A DNA stretch of 64,000 bases from Myxococcota bacterium (GTDB lineage Bacteria; Myxococcota_A; Polyangia; Polyangiales; Sandaracinaceae): contig JAYZQJ010000033.1 in the NCBI GenBank assembly GCA_036149055.1, forward strand, positions 120,794 to 184,793, in the 5' to 3' direction. The notes below the pieces were generated by a model. The model had not been told where the DNA came from. It did no database searches and worked only from the letters and a program-made list of their open reading frames with translations. Both the position numbers and the translations under genes were made by a program. Every line of letters starts with the position of its first letter. The first letter of the stretch is position 1. Of the stretch, positions 42,068 to 52,987 are shown piece after piece.

Positions 42068-45000
42068 ATGCGCGCGCGCACGCTCTTGGCCGCCCTCCTC
42101 CTGCTGGGGTGCAACGGAAAGTTCACCGTCCCGCCCGAGCCGGGAGAGGTCGAGGGCGTGCGGCCACGCTGCGGCGAGATCGGCGAGCCCCTCTCGGTGA
42201 CCCCGGTCACCGCCACCGTGGGGGCCGGCCAGCTCCTCGCGCTCCGCGCCTCCGGCGGGACCGGCGTCTACCGATGGAGCCTCGCCGAGAACGTGTCGGG
42301 CGGCGACGTCGACCCGAACGCCGGCGTCTACGTGGCCGGGGCGCCCGACCCGGAGATGGCGGCCACCGTCGACGTGGTGCTGCTCGAGGACCGCGGCTGC
42401 CGCGGCGAGGCGACCGCGAGCGTGACGGTCGAGGACGCGCCCCGCGTCGTGCCGAGCCGGGTGCAGCTCGAGCCCGGGGAGTCGCTCACCTTCACCGGCG
42501 AGGGCGGCTCCGGGTCCTACACCTTCGCCCTCGCCACCGACGCGTCGGGGGGCTCGGTGGAGGCCGGCGGGCGCTACACCGCGGGCAGCCGGACCGGGAC
42601 CGACGTGGTGCGGCTCACCGACGACGCGCTCGGGGCCAGCGCCGACGCGGTGGTCGAGGTGGTCGCCGACGCGTCGCTCCGGCTCGCGCCGAGCGAGTGG
42701 GCGGTCCCGGTCGGGAGCACGGTGACCTTGCCGGTCGAGGGCGGCAGCGGCGAGTACGACGTCGCGGTCGAGGGCACCGGCGTGAGCCGGGTGGAAGGGG
42801 CGACGCTCCGGGCCGACGCGGCGGGCGAGGCGACCGTCACCTTCACCGATCGCCACACCGGCCGGATGGCCGCCGCGCGCGTGGTCGGGCTCGCGCCGCA
42901 CGAGGCGGACCGCCGGCACCCGGGCGACCGCTCGGAGCGCCACCACGTCGGCGGCGCGGCCGACATCGACGGGGACGGATTCACCGACGTCGTGCTGGCG
43001 ATGCCGGACCTGAGCCGCGACTGGACCGACTCGGGCGCGGTGCTGATCTTCCGGGGCACCGCGACCGGGCTCGAGACGAGCCCCGCGCGGGTGCTCAGCG
43101 GCGGCTCGAGGGACGAGGAATTCGGCACCTCCGTGAGCCTCGCCGACCTCGACGACGACGGCCGCCTCGACCTGCTCGTCGGCGCCCGGCGGGCCGACCC
43201 GATCCGTCGCGACGTCGGCGCCCTCTACGTCTACCCCGGCGTGGACGGGGAGCTCTTCGCGGAGGAGCCCGGTCGCGCCTTCTTCGGACAGAACAGCTTC
43301 GATCTCTTCGGCTCGGCGCACGTCACCTGCGACTTCAACGGCGACGGCGTGCTCGACCTCGCGGTCGGCGCGCCCTTCGGGCAGGACCCGGACGGCGCGC
43401 GGGACCAGGGCGCGATCAGCGTCTACCTCGGCTACGGGGGCGGCCGGTTCGTCAGCGGCCCGGACCTGACGGTGGTCGGCGAGACGCTCGTGATGGACGC
43501 GTGGGTCGGCCTCGAGAGCATGCGCCTCGGCGAGAGCCTCGCGGCGGGGGACTACGACGGCGACGGGATCTGCGACCTCGCGGCCCACGCGAGCTCCCCC
43601 GGCGAGGGGCAGCAGGACAGCGGCGCGGTGCTCCTCTTCCCGGGCCGCGCCCCCGACGACACCGGCCGGGGCGGCCCCGCCAAGCGCCCGGCGCTCTTCT
43701 GGGCCCTCCCCGACGGGAGCGACGACAACGCGCGCTTCGGCGAGGACCTCGCGATGGGCGACGTGAACGGCGACGGGCTCGCCGACCTGCTCGCCAGCCG
43801 CTACCTGCACGACGGCGCGGACGGCGGCGACACCGGCGCGGTGTACCTCCGCTTCGGGCGCGCGCTCTCCGGCGCCGCCACCGCCATCACCGGCGTCGAG
43901 GCGGGGGCGGACTGGTCCCGCGAGGGGAGCGCCTCCGACCGGGTCGGCAACGCCGCGGTGCTCTTCGACGAGGACGGAGACGGCCGCGCCGACGTCATCA
44001 GCGGGGACTCGCGCGCGACGCCCGAGGGCAGCGAGCGCAGCCGGCCGGGCGTGGTGCGCGTCTACCGCGGCGCGGCCGGCCCGGGCATGGTCCCGGACCG
44101 CGGCCACGAGGGCCCGGTGAACGAGAGCCGCTTCGGAGCCGGCGTCGGCGCGGTGGGGGATCTCGACGGCGACGGCCGCGCCGAGCTCATCGCGTTCGCC
44201 CCCTACTACGATCCGGTGGAGGGCGAGAACGACGACCGCGGCGCCGTCTTCCTCGTGCCGTCGGCGGGCCCGATGGTCGAGCTCGAGGTGGAGCGGCGGC
44301 CGGCGGGCGAGGAGGTCGGCAACGCGGTGGAGTGGCTCGGCGACCTCGACGGCGACGGCTTCCCCGAGCTCGCGGTGGGCGCGGTCCGGGCCGACGTCAC
44401 CGGGATCGGCCGGGACGTCGGAGTGGTGAACCTCTACCGGGGCTCCGCGAGCGGCGTCGACCCGACGCCGTTCCAGACCCTCGCCGGCTTCGCCGGTCAC
44501 TCCGAGGGCGATCGCTTCGGCGAGTCGATTCGCCTGGCCGGCGACTTCGACGGGGACGGCCGGCCCGACCTGGCGGTGGTCGCCCGCCAGGAAGACACGC
44601 CGAGCAGCCTCGACACCATGATCTACGACCGCGGCGACTGCGGCGGCACGCGGACCAACGCGGGCGCGGTCTACGTCTTCGCGGGCGCGGGCGGCGGCTT
44701 CGAGGCGGAGCCGGCCTTCGTCTACTTCGGCCCCGACCCCGGGCAGCTCATCGACTCGCTCGCGGCCGGCCTCGACGTGAACGGCGACGGCCGACCGGAC
44801 CTCGTCGCCGGCGGGCCCAACTGGGACTTCGGCGGCAACGACCGCGGCGGCTTCGAGCTGGTCACGGGACGCGACCGCGCCATGGACGGCCGGGTGACCG
44901 TGATCTGCAGCGGCGAGCGACGCGCGGGGAGCGAGGACGGCGCGCACTACGCCGCCGCGGTGGCGCCGATGGGCGACGTCGACGGAGACGGCTGCGACGA

Positions 45001-45667
45001 CTTCGCGGTGGGCGTCCCCGAGGCCGACCCGGGCGACGTTCGCAACGCGGGGGAGGTGCGCGTGATCTTCGGCTGGGGCGCCAGCTGCGCGGCCACCTCT
45101 CCGCGGGAGGCCACGCTGCGCGGCGCGGACCGCGACTCCCAGGCCGGCCGTCACCTCGGCGGCGGCGTCGACCTCACCGGCGACGGCTCCCCCGATCTGC
45201 TGGTCGGCGCCTCGAGCTACCGGGACGGACGCGGCGAGGTCGGGCGGGTCTACCTCGTCAACGGAGCGTACGCGCTCTCGCGGCTCGGCGGCGCGGGCCC
45301 GATCGTGAACGCCGGCTCGAGCGCGACCCTCGCGGTGGACGGGACGAGCCCGGGCGAGCGCTTCGGCTTCTCGCTCTCCGCGGTCTCGCTGCCGGGCGGC
45401 GGCGCGGCGGCGGTGATCGGCGGCCTCTACGGCGGCGCCTCGGGGCGCGTCGACACCGGCGGCGTCGCCGTCTACGCGGTCGGCGGCGGCGGCTTCGCGC
45501 GCGCCCCGCGCCTCCGGGTGACCGGCGAGACCACCGGGGAGAGCTTCCTCGGGTACGCGGTGAGCGCGATGCGCGCCGGTCCCCGCGCCTTCATCGCGGT
45601 GGGCGCGCCCTTCGGCAGCACGGTGGAGCGCGACGACGGCGCCAGCTACGCGCTCATCATCGAGTAG
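42068..45667 (+). CDS. Large lipoprotein with Ig-like domains and FG-GAP (integrin-alpha-like) repeats
   Basis: LLLGC lipobox; about 3 Ig-like repeats (GGSGxY); 12 D-x-[DNT]-x-D-G motifs with FG/GAP/GAVY elements. Confidence 0.9.
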   Translation: MRARTLLAALLLLGCNGKFTVPPEPGEVEGVRPRCGEIGEPLSVTPVTATVGAGQLLALRASGGTGVYRWSLAENVSGGDVDPNAGVYVAGAPDPEMAATVDVVLLEDRGCRGEATASVTVEDAPRVVPSRVQLEPGESLTFTGEGGSGSYTFALATDASGGSVEAGGRYTAGSRTGTDVVRLTDDALGASADAVVEVVADASLRLAPSEWAVPVGSTVTLPVEGGSGEYDVAVEGTGVSRVEGATLRADAAGEATVTFTDRHTGRMAAARVVGLAPHEADRRHPGDRSERHHVGGAADIDGDGFTDVVLAMPDLSRDWTDSGAVLIFRGTATGLETSPARVLSGGSRDEEFGTSVSLADLDDDGRLDLLVGARRADPIRRDVGALYVYPGVDGELFAEEPGRAFFGQNSFDLFGSAHVTCDFNGDGVLDLAVGAPFGQDPDGARDQGAISVYLGYGGGRFVSGPDLTVVGETLVMDAWVGLESMRLGESLAAGDYDGDGICDLAAHASSPGEGQQDSGAVLLFPGRAPDDTGRGGPAKRPALFWALPDGSDDNARFGEDLAMGDVNGDGLADLLASRYLHDGADGGDTGAVYLRFGRALSGAATAITGVEAGADWSREGSASDRVGNAAVLFDEDGDGRADVISGDSRATPEGSERSRPGVVRVYRGAAGPGMVPDRGHEGPVNESRFGAGVGAVGDLDGDGRAELIAFAPYYDPVEGENDDRGAVFLVPSAGPMVELEVERRPAGEEVGNAVEWLGDLDGDGFPELAVGAVRADVTGIGRDVGVVNLYRGSASGVDPTPFQTLAGFAGHSEGDRFGESIRLAGDFDGDGRPDLAVVARQEDTPSSLDTMIYDRGDCGGTRTNAGAVYVFAGAGGGFEAEPAFVYFGPDPGQLIDSLAAGLDVNGDGRPDLVAGGPNWDFGGNDRGGFELVTGRDRAMDGRVTVICSGERRAGSEDGAHYAAAVAPMGDVDGDGCDDFAVGVPEADPGDVRNAGEVRVIFGWGASCAATSPREATLRGADRDSQAGRHLGGGVDLTGDGSPDLLVGASSYRDGRGEVGRVYLVNGAYALSRLGGAGPIVNAGSSATLAVDGTSPGERFGFSLSAVSLPGGGAAAVIGGLYGGASGRVDTGGVAVYAVGGGGFARAPRLRVTGETTGESFLGYAVSAMRAGPRAFIAVGAPFGSTVERDDGASYALIIE

Positions 45668-45677
45668 AGTCGGGTCG

Positions 45678-46145
45678 ATGGAGATCCTCTACGAGGACGA
45701 GACCAACCGCCACGCCGTGCAGGGCAACGTGCACTTCGTGGTCTGGTGGGACGCGCCGACGGTCGAGCAGATGATCGAGTACGGCCGGTGCGCCGACTCG
45801 GTCGCGCTGCGCAACCCGGGGGGCAGCGGCCTGATGAACCTGGTCGTCGACGGCATGCCCCGCTTCAGCGGCGAGGTGCGCGAGGCCGCCAAGACGCACA
45901 CGACGAAGGGCCTGCACACCGTCGGCGCGGCCCACGTGATCCTCGTCGGCGGCCTCCTCGGCAGCGCGGTCCGCGGCTTCCTGGGCACCACCGTGCTGCT
46001 CGGCCGGCCGAAGAACCCGACGAAGGTGTTCGGTGACCTGGACTCGGCCGCGCGCTGGATGAGCGGTCGCCTCCTGGACGCCGGGCGGGTGCGGTGGACC
46101 GAAGAGACCTTGCTCGAGGCCGCCCGCCGCGCCGTCACTCGATGA
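45678..46145 (+). CDS. Myxobacterial STAS/SEC14-like protein
   Basis: Alpha/beta pattern ending P.KVF.DL..A..W, typical of this myxobacterial family. Confidence 0.65.
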   Translation: MEILYEDETNRHAVQGNVHFVVWWDAPTVEQMIEYGRCADSVALRNPGGSGLMNLVVDGMPRFSGEVREAAKTHTTKGLHTVGAAHVILVGGLLGSAVRGFLGTTVLLGRPKNPTKVFGDLDSAARWMSGRLLDAGRVRWTEETLLEAARRAVTR

Positions 46146-47040
46146 GCGCGCCGGCGGCGATCCAGGCGCGCACCGCCTCGAGATCCTCGTCGCGCAGCGG
46201 GATGCCGCCGAGGGGCATCGGGTCGCCGCAGCGAGGCTCGGCGCCGAGCTTGTCGACGAAGAGGCTCGCGTCGGGATCGCCAGCGACGATGAGCGCGCCC
46301 TGCCCCGCGCACTCCTCACCGCTCGCCGCGCCGGTGGTGAGCGCGGCGTGGGTCGACGCCGAGTCCGTCACCCGGAAGCCGGCGTCGGAGCCGCCGTGGC
46401 AGAGCGCGGTCGCGCAGCCGCGACCCCTGAGCAGGTCCTCGAAGAGGCTCGCCCAGGTCGGCTCGAGGGGCTCGAGCGGGAGCGGGGGCACCACCACCGC
46501 GTTCACTCCGTCCTCGCGCGGCACCGGACGCTCGATCACGGGCGCGGCGCAGGCCAGCCAGTTCCGCAAGATCTCGCGGCCCTCCTCCGAGCCCACCGCC
46601 GGCAGCGCCTCGAAGCCGCCCGCGCTCGCGCGCACGTAGACCGGGGCGCCGGCCAGCACCTCGCGGCCGACCTCGCTCGGCGGCGGCATCGTACCGAGAT
46701 CGACGGTGTGCAGGACCAGGTGAGCCTCCTGCACGGTGCGGAAGCGCGCGCGGCGCTGCCGTACGATCGCGGCCTCGTCGACGGTGCCGTCCGGCGCCGC
46801 CAGCTGCACGTCGAAGCTCAGCCCCTCCGGCACCCCGAGCCGGTTCTCTCGCGGGACGTCGTCGCCGGCGTGGCAGAAGGCGCCGTGACCGCAGGACGCG
46901 ATCATCAGGGCCTGACCCTCGTAGGCCGGCAGCCCGGTCGCCTGGTCGTACGCCACGCGGATCGCGGCCGCCTGATCACAGTCCCCCATCTGGGGGGTGC
47001 ATCCGACCGCGAGCGCGGCCGCGAGGAGAAGGGCTCTCAC
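46135..47040 (-). CDS. Lipoprotein with two cytochrome-c-like domains carrying atypical heme motifs
   Basis: LAVGC lipobox; CGHGAFCH...MPP...WL and CATALCH...PMP...WIAAGA. GTG 47040 chosen; ATG 47058 is possible. Confidence 0.7.
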   Translation of the reverse strand: MRALLLAAALAVGCTPQMGDCDQAAAIRVAYDQATGLPAYEGQALMIASCGHGAFCHAGDDVPRENRLGVPEGLSFDVQLAAPDGTVDEAAIVRQRRARFRTVQEAHLVLHTVDLGTMPPPSEVGREVLAGAPVYVRASAGGFEALPAVGSEEGREILRNWLACAAPVIERPVPREDGVNAVVVPPLPLEPLEPTWASLFEDLLRGRGCATALCHGGSDAGFRVTDSASTHAALTTGAASGEECAGQGALIVAGDPDASLFVDKLGAEPRCGDPMPLGGIPLRDEDLEAVRAWIAAGALIE

Positions 47041-47084
47041 CGAGCGGGACCCTACCATCCGAGGGGCTCGGTCTGACGTCGATG

Positions 47085-47813
47085 TCAGGCCTGGGCTTCG
47101 GCCTGTGCCTTCTCGGCCCGCTTCTGCATCGCGCGCCACGACTTCTTGGGCGACAGGTAGGTGCCGAAGACGAAGTCCCAGAGCGGCGAGGTGATGCCGA
47201 ACCGGTGGTGGGGCGAGTCGAAGTGGTGCGCCATGTGGTAGCGCTTGAGCCACTTCCCCGGGCCGCCCTTCGGGTTGAAGTGGTGGGTGTAGTAGTGGAG
47301 CCAGTCGTAGGCGATGTAGCCCAGCGCCGAGCCCCCGAAGACCACCCAGAAGTAGCTGCCGAACACGAACCAGTAGACCACGCCGAGGATGGCCGCGACC
47401 GGCCAGATCGCGATCGGCGGCAGCACGAGCCGCATCGAGTCGTTCGGGAAGTCGTGATGGTAGCCGTGCATCAGGAAGTGGTTCAGCCGCCCCTTCTCCG
47501 TCTTCGGCTCGAAGTGGAAGGCGAAGCGGTGGAGCGCGTACTCGATGAACGTCACGAGCAGCACGCCGCCCGCGAACCCGAGCAGCCCCTGCCACCAGAG
47601 GAACGCCTGGGACGTGAAGGCCACGTAGAGCCCGTAGACCACGATCCAGCCGAACCAGATGCCCGGCGTGATCGGGTGGGCCTGCGCGAACCACTTCTCG
47701 ATGAACTCGTTCTGGTACACCTGCAGGCGCACCGGACGGTTCTTGCCTTTCGGGATCTTGATCTTCCCGTCGGCGGTATCGAGGCACTCCTGGGTGAAGT
47801 CGAGCAGGCCCAT
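47085..47813 (-). CDS. Fatty-acid/sphingolipid 2-hydroxylase (Scs7/FA2H-like, sterol desaturase superfamily)
   Basis: His boxes HRFAFH, HGYHH, HYYTHH, HMAHH; RLVLPP; FGITSPLWD.VFGT. Confidence 0.88.
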   Translation of the reverse strand: MGLLDFTQECLDTADGKIKIPKGKNRPVRLQVYQNEFIEKWFAQAHPITPGIWFGWIVVYGLYVAFTSQAFLWWQGLLGFAGGVLLVTFIEYALHRFAFHFEPKTEKGRLNHFLMHGYHHDFPNDSMRLVLPPIAIWPVAAILGVVYWFVFGSYFWVVFGGSALGYIAYDWLHYYTHHFNPKGGPGKWLKRYHMAHHFDSPHHRFGITSPLWDFVFGTYLSPKKSWRAMQKRAEKAQAEAQA

Positions 47814-47937
47814 GTCGGCTCTGGGGTAGCATGCCCTCGGCCGGCCTCCAAAGGGACGGCGGAGAGGGCCCTCACGCTCGGGGCGTGGTCCGAAAGCTGC
47901 ACGGGTTCGGCAAACCCGATAGAATCGAGCCCGCTCG

Positions 47938-49625
<1,688 letters not shown>

Positions 49626-49626
<1 letters not shown>

Positions 49627-50978
49627 TGACCGATGCTGCTTACCTTCTTCGACTCCGCCCCGCCCTGCTCGCCCTCGCGCTCCTCTCCGCCGCGCCGGTC
49701 CTGAGCGCGCCGAGCTCCGCGGCCGCGCAGGAGGAGGAGGCGCGGCTGCTCTTCGAGCGCGGCAACCAGCACCTCACGGCCGGCCTCCGAGCCCGCGGTC
49801 GCCGCCGCACGCGCGAGCTCGAGCAGGCCCTCGACGCCTACCTCGGCGTGCTCCGCCTCGGCGCGCGCACCCGCAACGTCGTCTTCAACCTCGGCATCAC
49901 GCTGCAGGAGCTCGACCGGCCCGAGGAGGCGTTCAACTACTTCAGCGAGTACCTCCGCAGCTTCGACCTCAGCGCGGAGGATCGGGCGGCCGGCGAGCAG
50001 CGCCTCGAGGCGCTCCGGCCCGAGGTCGCGGTGCTGCGCATCGAGAGCACCCCGCCCGGCGCCGAGGTGCGGGTCGACCGGAGAGACCTCCCGCCGCGGG
50101 GCACCACGCCGCTCGAGATCGCGGTCGCCCCCGGCACGCGCCGCCTCATCCTCAGCCTCGACGGCTACGGCGAGGCCCGGGCGGAGGCCACCGTCGCGGT
50201 GGGCTCGCGGGCCGACGTCGCCGCGACGCTCTCGCCCGAGCCGGTCTCGGTGCAGGTCATCGCCCCCGGCGGCGGCCGCCTGACGCTCGACGATCGGGAG
50301 ATCGTCGCCGGCCGCGCGGTCGAGGTCGCCCCCGGCGCCCACGTGGTCCGCCTCGAGGTGGAGGGCGCGGCCCCGGTGGAGCGTCGGTTCGAGGTCGCGG
50401 CGGGCAGCGACCCGATGGTGCTCGAGCTGAGCGCGACCGGGCCTGGCCCGAGCGGGCCCCGCGTCGCGCTGGACATCGACACGCCCGCCCAGGTCTTCCT
50501 CGACGGCCTGCAGGTCGGCGCGGGCATGCAGGTCGAGATCCCCGCGTCGCCCGGCGATCACGAGGTGCGGGTGGTCGCGCCCGGGCGCCGCGACGCCGTT
50601 CAGCGGATCAGCCTCACCGGCCAGGAGCGGCTCCACCTCGACGTCACCCTGGGGCGCGGCGGCGGGGGAGGCGGCCTCATCGCCGGGCGCGTCGTCACCG
50701 CGATCCTCGCCCTCGGCGGCCTCGGCGCCGGCGTCGCCCTGCTCGCCGCCGAGAGCGACGCCTGGAGCGCGTGGCAGAACGACTACACCGAGGAGAACGC
50801 CGACCGCCTCGAGCAGATCCAGCTCGGGGTCGACGTCACCTGGTCGATCACCGCCGCCGTCGGCCTCACCGCGCTCGTCCTGCTCTTCGTCGACGAGGGC
50901 GCGGACTCGACGGTCGAGCTGGGGGTCGCGCCCGCGCCCGGAGGCGGCGCGCTCGCCCTCCGCGGGAGGCTCCGATGA
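49626..50978 (+). CDS. Secreted TPR + PEGA-repeat protein with hydrophobic C-terminal region
   Basis: Sec signal; TPR (ARLLFERG, VFNLG); ESTPPGAEV PEGA; terminal GGGALALRGRL strand. Coupled to the kinase. Confidence 0.85.
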
Positions 50979-52987
50979 GAGGCGCGATCCTCCTGGCGCT
51001 CGTGCTCACCACCGGCTGCAGCCTGATCCGCCCGCCCGACCGCTCGCTCATCGACGGCGGCGTCCCGATGGACGCGGGCGACGCCGGAGACGCGGGCGAC
51101 GCGGGCCGAGACGCCGGAGACGCGGGGGACGCCGACGTCGACGGGGGCTGCGCGACCGAGATCGTGGAGCGGAGCTGCGACGACGGCGAGGACAACGACT
51201 GTGACGGTGTCGCGGACTGCCTCGACCTCGACTGCCGCGGCGCGGCGAGCTGCTGCAGCGCGAACCGGAGCGTCCCGGTCTGCATCGCCACCAGCGGCGC
51301 CGATCGCTTCAACAACTTCGGGGCCACGCTGCAGGACATGGGCTGCCCCAACGCCGACGTCGTCGACTTCGGGCTGACCGGCGCGTCGGTGATCACCGAC
51401 GAGTGCCAGCGCATCTCGTTCGGCGCGGAGCTGTCCGTCGACTTCCAGATCGCCACCCTCTGCCCCGGCGGCGGCTGCTCGGGCGACCTCGAGTACGCGG
51501 CGCTCGCGCTCGGCCCGACCGGGGCGCCGGGCGCGGGCGGCTACGTGAGCGAGGTGCGCTTCGCGGTGTCCGAGGACGGACGCGTGAGGGTCGAGCGCGC
51601 GGGCACGCTCATCGCGACCTCCGCCGAGACCTACGCCGGCGGCGCCCCGCCGATCACGATGACGGTGGAGCTCCTGCCCGGCTTGACCGCGGGGGGCGAG
51701 GAGGTGCTCTTCGGGCACGTCGAGCTCCAGCAGGGCGCCCTCTCCGAGACGCTGCTCGACCGGGAGCTGCTCATCCCGCTCGCCGACGTGCGCTGCATCG
51801 ACGGCGGCCGCTCGCGGGCCGGCCTCTTCCTCGCGTTCGAGGGGCGCGGCAACGCCGTGCACGTGCGCGGCCCCCTCGGTCGCGTGGAGCGCAACTGCGC
51901 GACGCCCAGCCAGTTCGAGCCGCCGGACGAGCTCGAGACCGACGCGCTCGCGTTCCTGGACGGCTGCGGGCCCGGCGGCAACGTCGGGGCCCCCGCGCTC
52001 GCCGCCTACCGCTGCGGCGACGGCTGCCCCGGCCGGCTCCAGTGGGACGCGTGGCTCGACTCGAGCGAGGCGCCCCGCGAGGACGACGACGCCGCGTTCA
52101 TCGACTTCGGGATCTGCGCCAGCTACGCGCGCGGCGGCGACCTGCCCGGCAACGCGAGCACGCCCTGGCAGGCGCGGGGCGCCGGCTACGTGCTCGGGCC
52201 GACGCCCGCGTCCTCCCGCGAGCCGTCGGTGCTGCCGATCACCAACGACGCGACGACGACCTTCCGGGCGCCGCGCCTCCTCTTCGCCTACGCGGAGCGC
52301 ATCGCGGCGGACGCGGACCCGCACCACATCCGGCTCGGCGAGGTCCTCAACGGCGGCACCGTCGGCGCGCCCGCGGCCGGCTCGGTGGTCCTCACCCCGG
52401 CCGACGTCGAGGGCTGCGTCTCGCTCCGCGACCCGCTGCTCCTCGCCGACCACACCCAGAACATGGACGGACACGAGGTCACCGGCGGGTGGCTCCTCTT
52501 CACCTGCGACCGCGGCACCGAGCCCGACAGCATCGGGGTGGCCACGCTGGACGCGGGCTTCACCCGCGCCACCCTGGTGCGGAGGGACCTGCTGGACCAC
52601 GAGGTCGGCCCGTACGCGATGCGCGGCGTGTTCGGCGCGGCCGGGTACATGGAGCCGGTCGGCCGGGACCACACGCTGCGGCTCTGGTTCCTCGCCCGCG
52701 ACGGGGCCGGCGAGGTCCGGCTCGCCTACGCCCAGGGTCGCTCGCTGCTCGGCACCCTGCCCGAGCTGGACCCCTACCCCGGCAACCCGATCCTCGACGG
52801 CGACGCGGCCGACCTCGGCGCGCCGTGCGAGGGGCCCTGCCGCCTCACCGGGGTCTCGGTGTCCCCGGATCCGAACGCCATCGGCGACGCGGTCCGCAAC
52901 TTCTTCCTGATCGCCCGCTCGCGCATGACCTCGTCCGGCCTGATCCACGAGCTGGTACCGCTGTTGCAGCCTCGGCCGGACGACTGA
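50975..52987 (+). CDS. Cys-rich lipoprotein, lectin-like plus five-bladed propeller-like (paralog 1, divergent)
   Basis: LTTGC lipobox; DAG repeats; CDDGEDNDCDGVADC; REPSV, LRDP, LRLWF, PGNPIL. Confidence 0.75.
   Translation: MRGAILLALVLTTGCSLIRPPDRSLIDGGVPMDAGDAGDAGDAGRDAGDAGDADVDGGCATEIVERSCDDGEDNDCDGVADCLDLDCRGAASCCSANRSVPVCIATSGADRFNNFGATLQDMGCPNADVVDFGLTGASVITDECQRISFGAELSVDFQIATLCPGGGCSGDLEYAALALGPTGAPGAGGYVSEVRFAVSEDGRVRVERAGTLIATSAETYAGGAPPITMTVELLPGLTAGGEEVLFGHVELQQGALSETLLDRELLIPLADVRCIDGGRSRAGLFLAFEGRGNAVHVRGPLGRVERNCATPSQFEPPDELETDALAFLDGCGPGGNVGAPALAAYRCGDGCPGRLQWDAWLDSSEAPREDDDAAFIDFGICASYARGGDLPGNASTPWQARGAGYVLGPTPASSREPSVLPITNDATTTFRAPRLLFAYAERIAADADPHHIRLGEVLNGGTVGAPAAGSVVLTPADVEGCVSLRDPLLLADHTQNMDGHEVTGGWLLFTCDRGTEPDSIGVATLDAGFTRATLVRRDLLDHEVGPYAMRGVFGAAGYMEPVGRDHTLRLWFLARDGAGEVRLAYAQGRSLLGTLPELDPYPGNPILDGDAADLGAPCEGPCRLTGVSVSPDPNAIGDAVRNFFLIARSRMTSSGLIHELVPLLQPRPDD
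51071..51133 (+). repeat. Degenerate 9-bp (Asp-Ala-Gly) coding repeat
   Basis: Encodes DAGDAGDAGDAGRDAGDAGDA. Confidence 0.85.

Noticed and set aside
39977..45667. Apparent 1725-aa and 1742-aa giant overlapping proteins
   Set aside because: Each is a real gene (starts 42010 and 42068) extended by the antisense of its divergent neighbour.
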